Below are positions 30,190 to 32,000 of a DNA stretch of 32,000 bases, one piece after another. Location of the stretch: contig NC_014972.1 in NCBI RefSeq assembly GCF_000186885.1, positions 1,170,001-1,202,000 on the forward strand, read 5' to 3'. The notes below the pieces were generated by a model. That model worked only from the letters and a program-made list of their open reading frames with translations, was not told where the DNA came from and did no database searches. How positions within the stretch are numbered: the first letter of the stretch is position 1; the number at the start of each line of letters is the position of its first letter. Position numbers and translations under genes: made by a program. Source of the DNA: Desulfobulbus propionicus DSM 2032. GTDB taxonomy: Bacteria; Desulfobacterota; Desulfobulbia; Desulfobulbales; Desulfobulbaceae.

Positions 30190-32000
30190 GATATACGCCC
30201 TTGTGGTCGACAACAGTCCGGTCATTCGCAGGATTCTTGGCTATGTGCTGGAAGCCGAGGGATGCACGGTGGAGACGGCCGAGGATGGTCTGGCCGCGCT
30301 GGATTGCATCGCCAGGCGGCGGCCCGACGTGCTCTTCACCGATCTGATCATGCCCAAGATCGATGGGGAGAAATTGTGTTACATCATCCGCAATACCCCG
30401 GAACTCAAGGATATCTTCCTGGTGGTCCTTTCAGGGGTGGCGCTCGAGGACAATACGGCCACCCTGCAAATAGGCGCGGATGTCTGCATCGCCAAGGGAT
30501 CGGCGGCCGCGATGATGGTGCACATCAAGGCGGCGTTGCGACGGTTCCAGTGCAATCAGCGCGGTGCAAGCGGCAGCATCGAGGGGCTGGAAGGGTTGTA
30601 TCCGCGCGAGGTCACCGCAGAACTGCTGGTCAGCAAAAAACATCGGGAGATCATTCTCGCCCGGATGACCGAGGGGGTAGTCGAACTCAACCACCAGGGG
30701 CGGATCGTCATGGCCAACGATGCGGCCCTCACCCTGTTCAACCTGCCCGAGGCGCGGGTTTTGGGCGCTTCATTGCTCCAACTGCTCCCTGAAACCGCTG
30801 GAGAACGGGTGCGTGGATGGAGGGAGCAAATCGTTTCTGCCGCTCAGTATGAACCGCTGCTGTTTACCTATGATGAACCGGTGCTGCTCGGTGACCGCCA
30901 AGTGACCTGCAATCTGGTGCCGGTGCCTGAAAACGATACCTTTTTCGTGATCGGCATTCTTCAGGATGTCACGGGCAGGAAAAAACTTGAGGTACGGCAG
31001 CGGCAACTGGAAAAGGAATTGCAACGTATCCGAAAACTGGATGCCATGTCCATGATGGCGAGCGGTATCGCCCATGATTTCAATAATCTGCTCACGATCA
31101 TCAACGGTAACCTGGAGATGGCGCGCTACGTCAGCCGCGACGAGAATGTGAGCCAGTTGTTGGGCGAATCGGCCAAGGCGCTTAATCTCACCGCGCAGTT
31201 GATTCGCCAGTTCACCACCTTTTCCGACAATTACCTGCCGCAGAAATCCCAGGTTCAGTTGCGCAGGTTGATTGAGGAGGTGTTGGCCCGCGATCTGGCC
31301 CCCGTTGGGATTCGTTACCAGATCAGGGCCGACGAGGAGGAACTGGCCCTGACGCTGGATCCCGATCTCGTTCGTCAAGTTTTTGTCAATCTCGCCAAGA
31401 ACGCGGTGGACGCCATGGGGACCAGCGGCCGCGTCGAGGTGTGCATCGAGCGGGTGGACGGCAGCGACGAAGCGGCCAGAACCGGCCAACCCGTACCGAG
31501 CGGCGAGTTGGCGCGGATCACTTTTCAGGACTCGGGCCCGGGTCTCGCGCCCTCGATCATCGATCAGGTCTTTGATCCCTACTTTTCCACCAAGCAGAAG
31601 GGGGCGCAAAAGGGGATGGGATTGGGGCTGACCATTGTCCATTCCATCGTCAAGAAACATGGCGGACTGGTCTGGCTCGAATCGCCCGACAGCGGTGGCT
31701 GCATCGTGTATCTCTATTTTCCGCTCCAGGAGGCGGCCATCACCGATCCCCGTCTGTGTGCGGGAAAAGGGTGCGGCAAGCGGATCCTGGTCATGGACGA
31801 CGAGGAAATGATGCGGCTGATCAACAGGAAAATGTTCGAGCATTACGGCTGCAAGGTGAGCGTGGCCTCCAGTGGTGACGAGGCGGTCGCCCTGTTTCGC
31901 CAACAGCTGGCGACCGGTAGCCCTTTCGACCTGACCCTGCTCGACCTGCGCGTCCACAACGGCATGGGCGGATTGGAAACCGCGCGCCAGATCGTGGCGT
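30182..32000 (+). CDS. Hybrid histidine kinase REC-PAS-HisKA-HATPase-REC (3' end outside window)
   Basis: My translation from ATG 30182: MNEIYALVVDNSPVIRRILGYVLEAEGCTVETAEDGLAALDCIARRRPDVLFTDLIMPKIDGE...; MASGIAHDFNNLLTIINGNLEMAR; HATPase GLGLTIVHSIVKKHGG; REC KRILVMDDEEMMRLI...LLDLRVHNGMGG. Missing from ORF list because no stop in window. Confidence 0.9.
   Translation, partial: MNEIYALVVDNSPVIRRILGYVLEAEGCTVETAEDGLAALDCIARRRPDVLFTDLIMPKIDGEKLCYIIRNTPELKDIFLVVLSGVALEDNTATLQIGADVCIAKGSAAAMMVHIKAALRRFQCNQRGASGSIEGLEGLYPREVTAELLVSKKHREIILARMTEGVVELNHQGRIVMANDAALTLFNLPEARVLGASLLQLLPETAGERVRGWREQIVSAAQYEPLLFTYDEPVLLGDRQVTCNLVPVPENDTFFVIGILQDVTGRKKLEVRQRQLEKELQRIRKLDAMSMMASGIAHDFNNLLTIINGNLEMARYVSRDENVSQLLGESAKALNLTAQLIRQFTTFSDNYLPQKSQVQLRRLIEEVLARDLAPVGIRYQIRADEEELALTLDPDLVRQVFVNLAKNAVDAMGTSGRVEVCIERVDGSDEAARTGQPVPSGELARITFQDSGPGLAPSIIDQVFDPYFSTKQKGAQKGMGLGLTIVHSIVKKHGGLVWLESPDSGGCIVYLYFPLQEAAITDPRLCAGKGCGKRILVMDDEEMMRLINRKMFEHYGCKVSVASSGDEAVALFRQQLATGSPFDLTLLDLRVHNGMGGLETARQIVA

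Noticed and set aside
30770-31957. 395-aa minus-strand ORF (and 30262..30792 plus-strand ORF)
   Set aside because: Out-of-frame readings of the REC-PAS-HK-REC gene, which is open from 30182 to the window end.

Overview
High-GC, chromosome-like segment that looks deltaproteobacterial/Desulfobulbaceae-like (inference from gene content only). It is nearly fully packed with mostly housekeeping genes. Left to right: 5' end of selB (-), MBL-fold hydrolase (-), Mrp/NBP35 ATPase (-), hsp20-lon-ftsY (+), a structured intergenic region, TerB/DnaJ-like gene (+), PLP aminotransferase (+), a REP-like hairpin and terminator, the c-di-AMP/cell-wall module cdaA-cdaR-glmM (-), nitroreductase and PGPGW-type membrane protein (+), an AT-richer islet with a PEP-CTERM protein (-), PilZ protein (-), a large uncharacterised protein with DUF89-like motifs next to cobT (+), small secreted protein (+), xseA (-), YfgM-like TPR protein and panC (+), a DegT-family aminotransferase resembling KdnA (+), rsmJ (-), kdsB (+), and a tightly packed run of an unusually long CofD/YvcK-like protein, a hybrid histidine kinase, a lone receiver and a REC-PAS-HK-REC kinase that runs off the window (+). 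I see no CRISPR array, tRNA/rRNA, transposase, phage module or clear defence system. The best follow-up targets are the long CofD-like protein with its signalling genes, the DUF89-like protein beside cobT, the KdnA-like gene near kdsB, and the ftsY-downstream RNA candidate.
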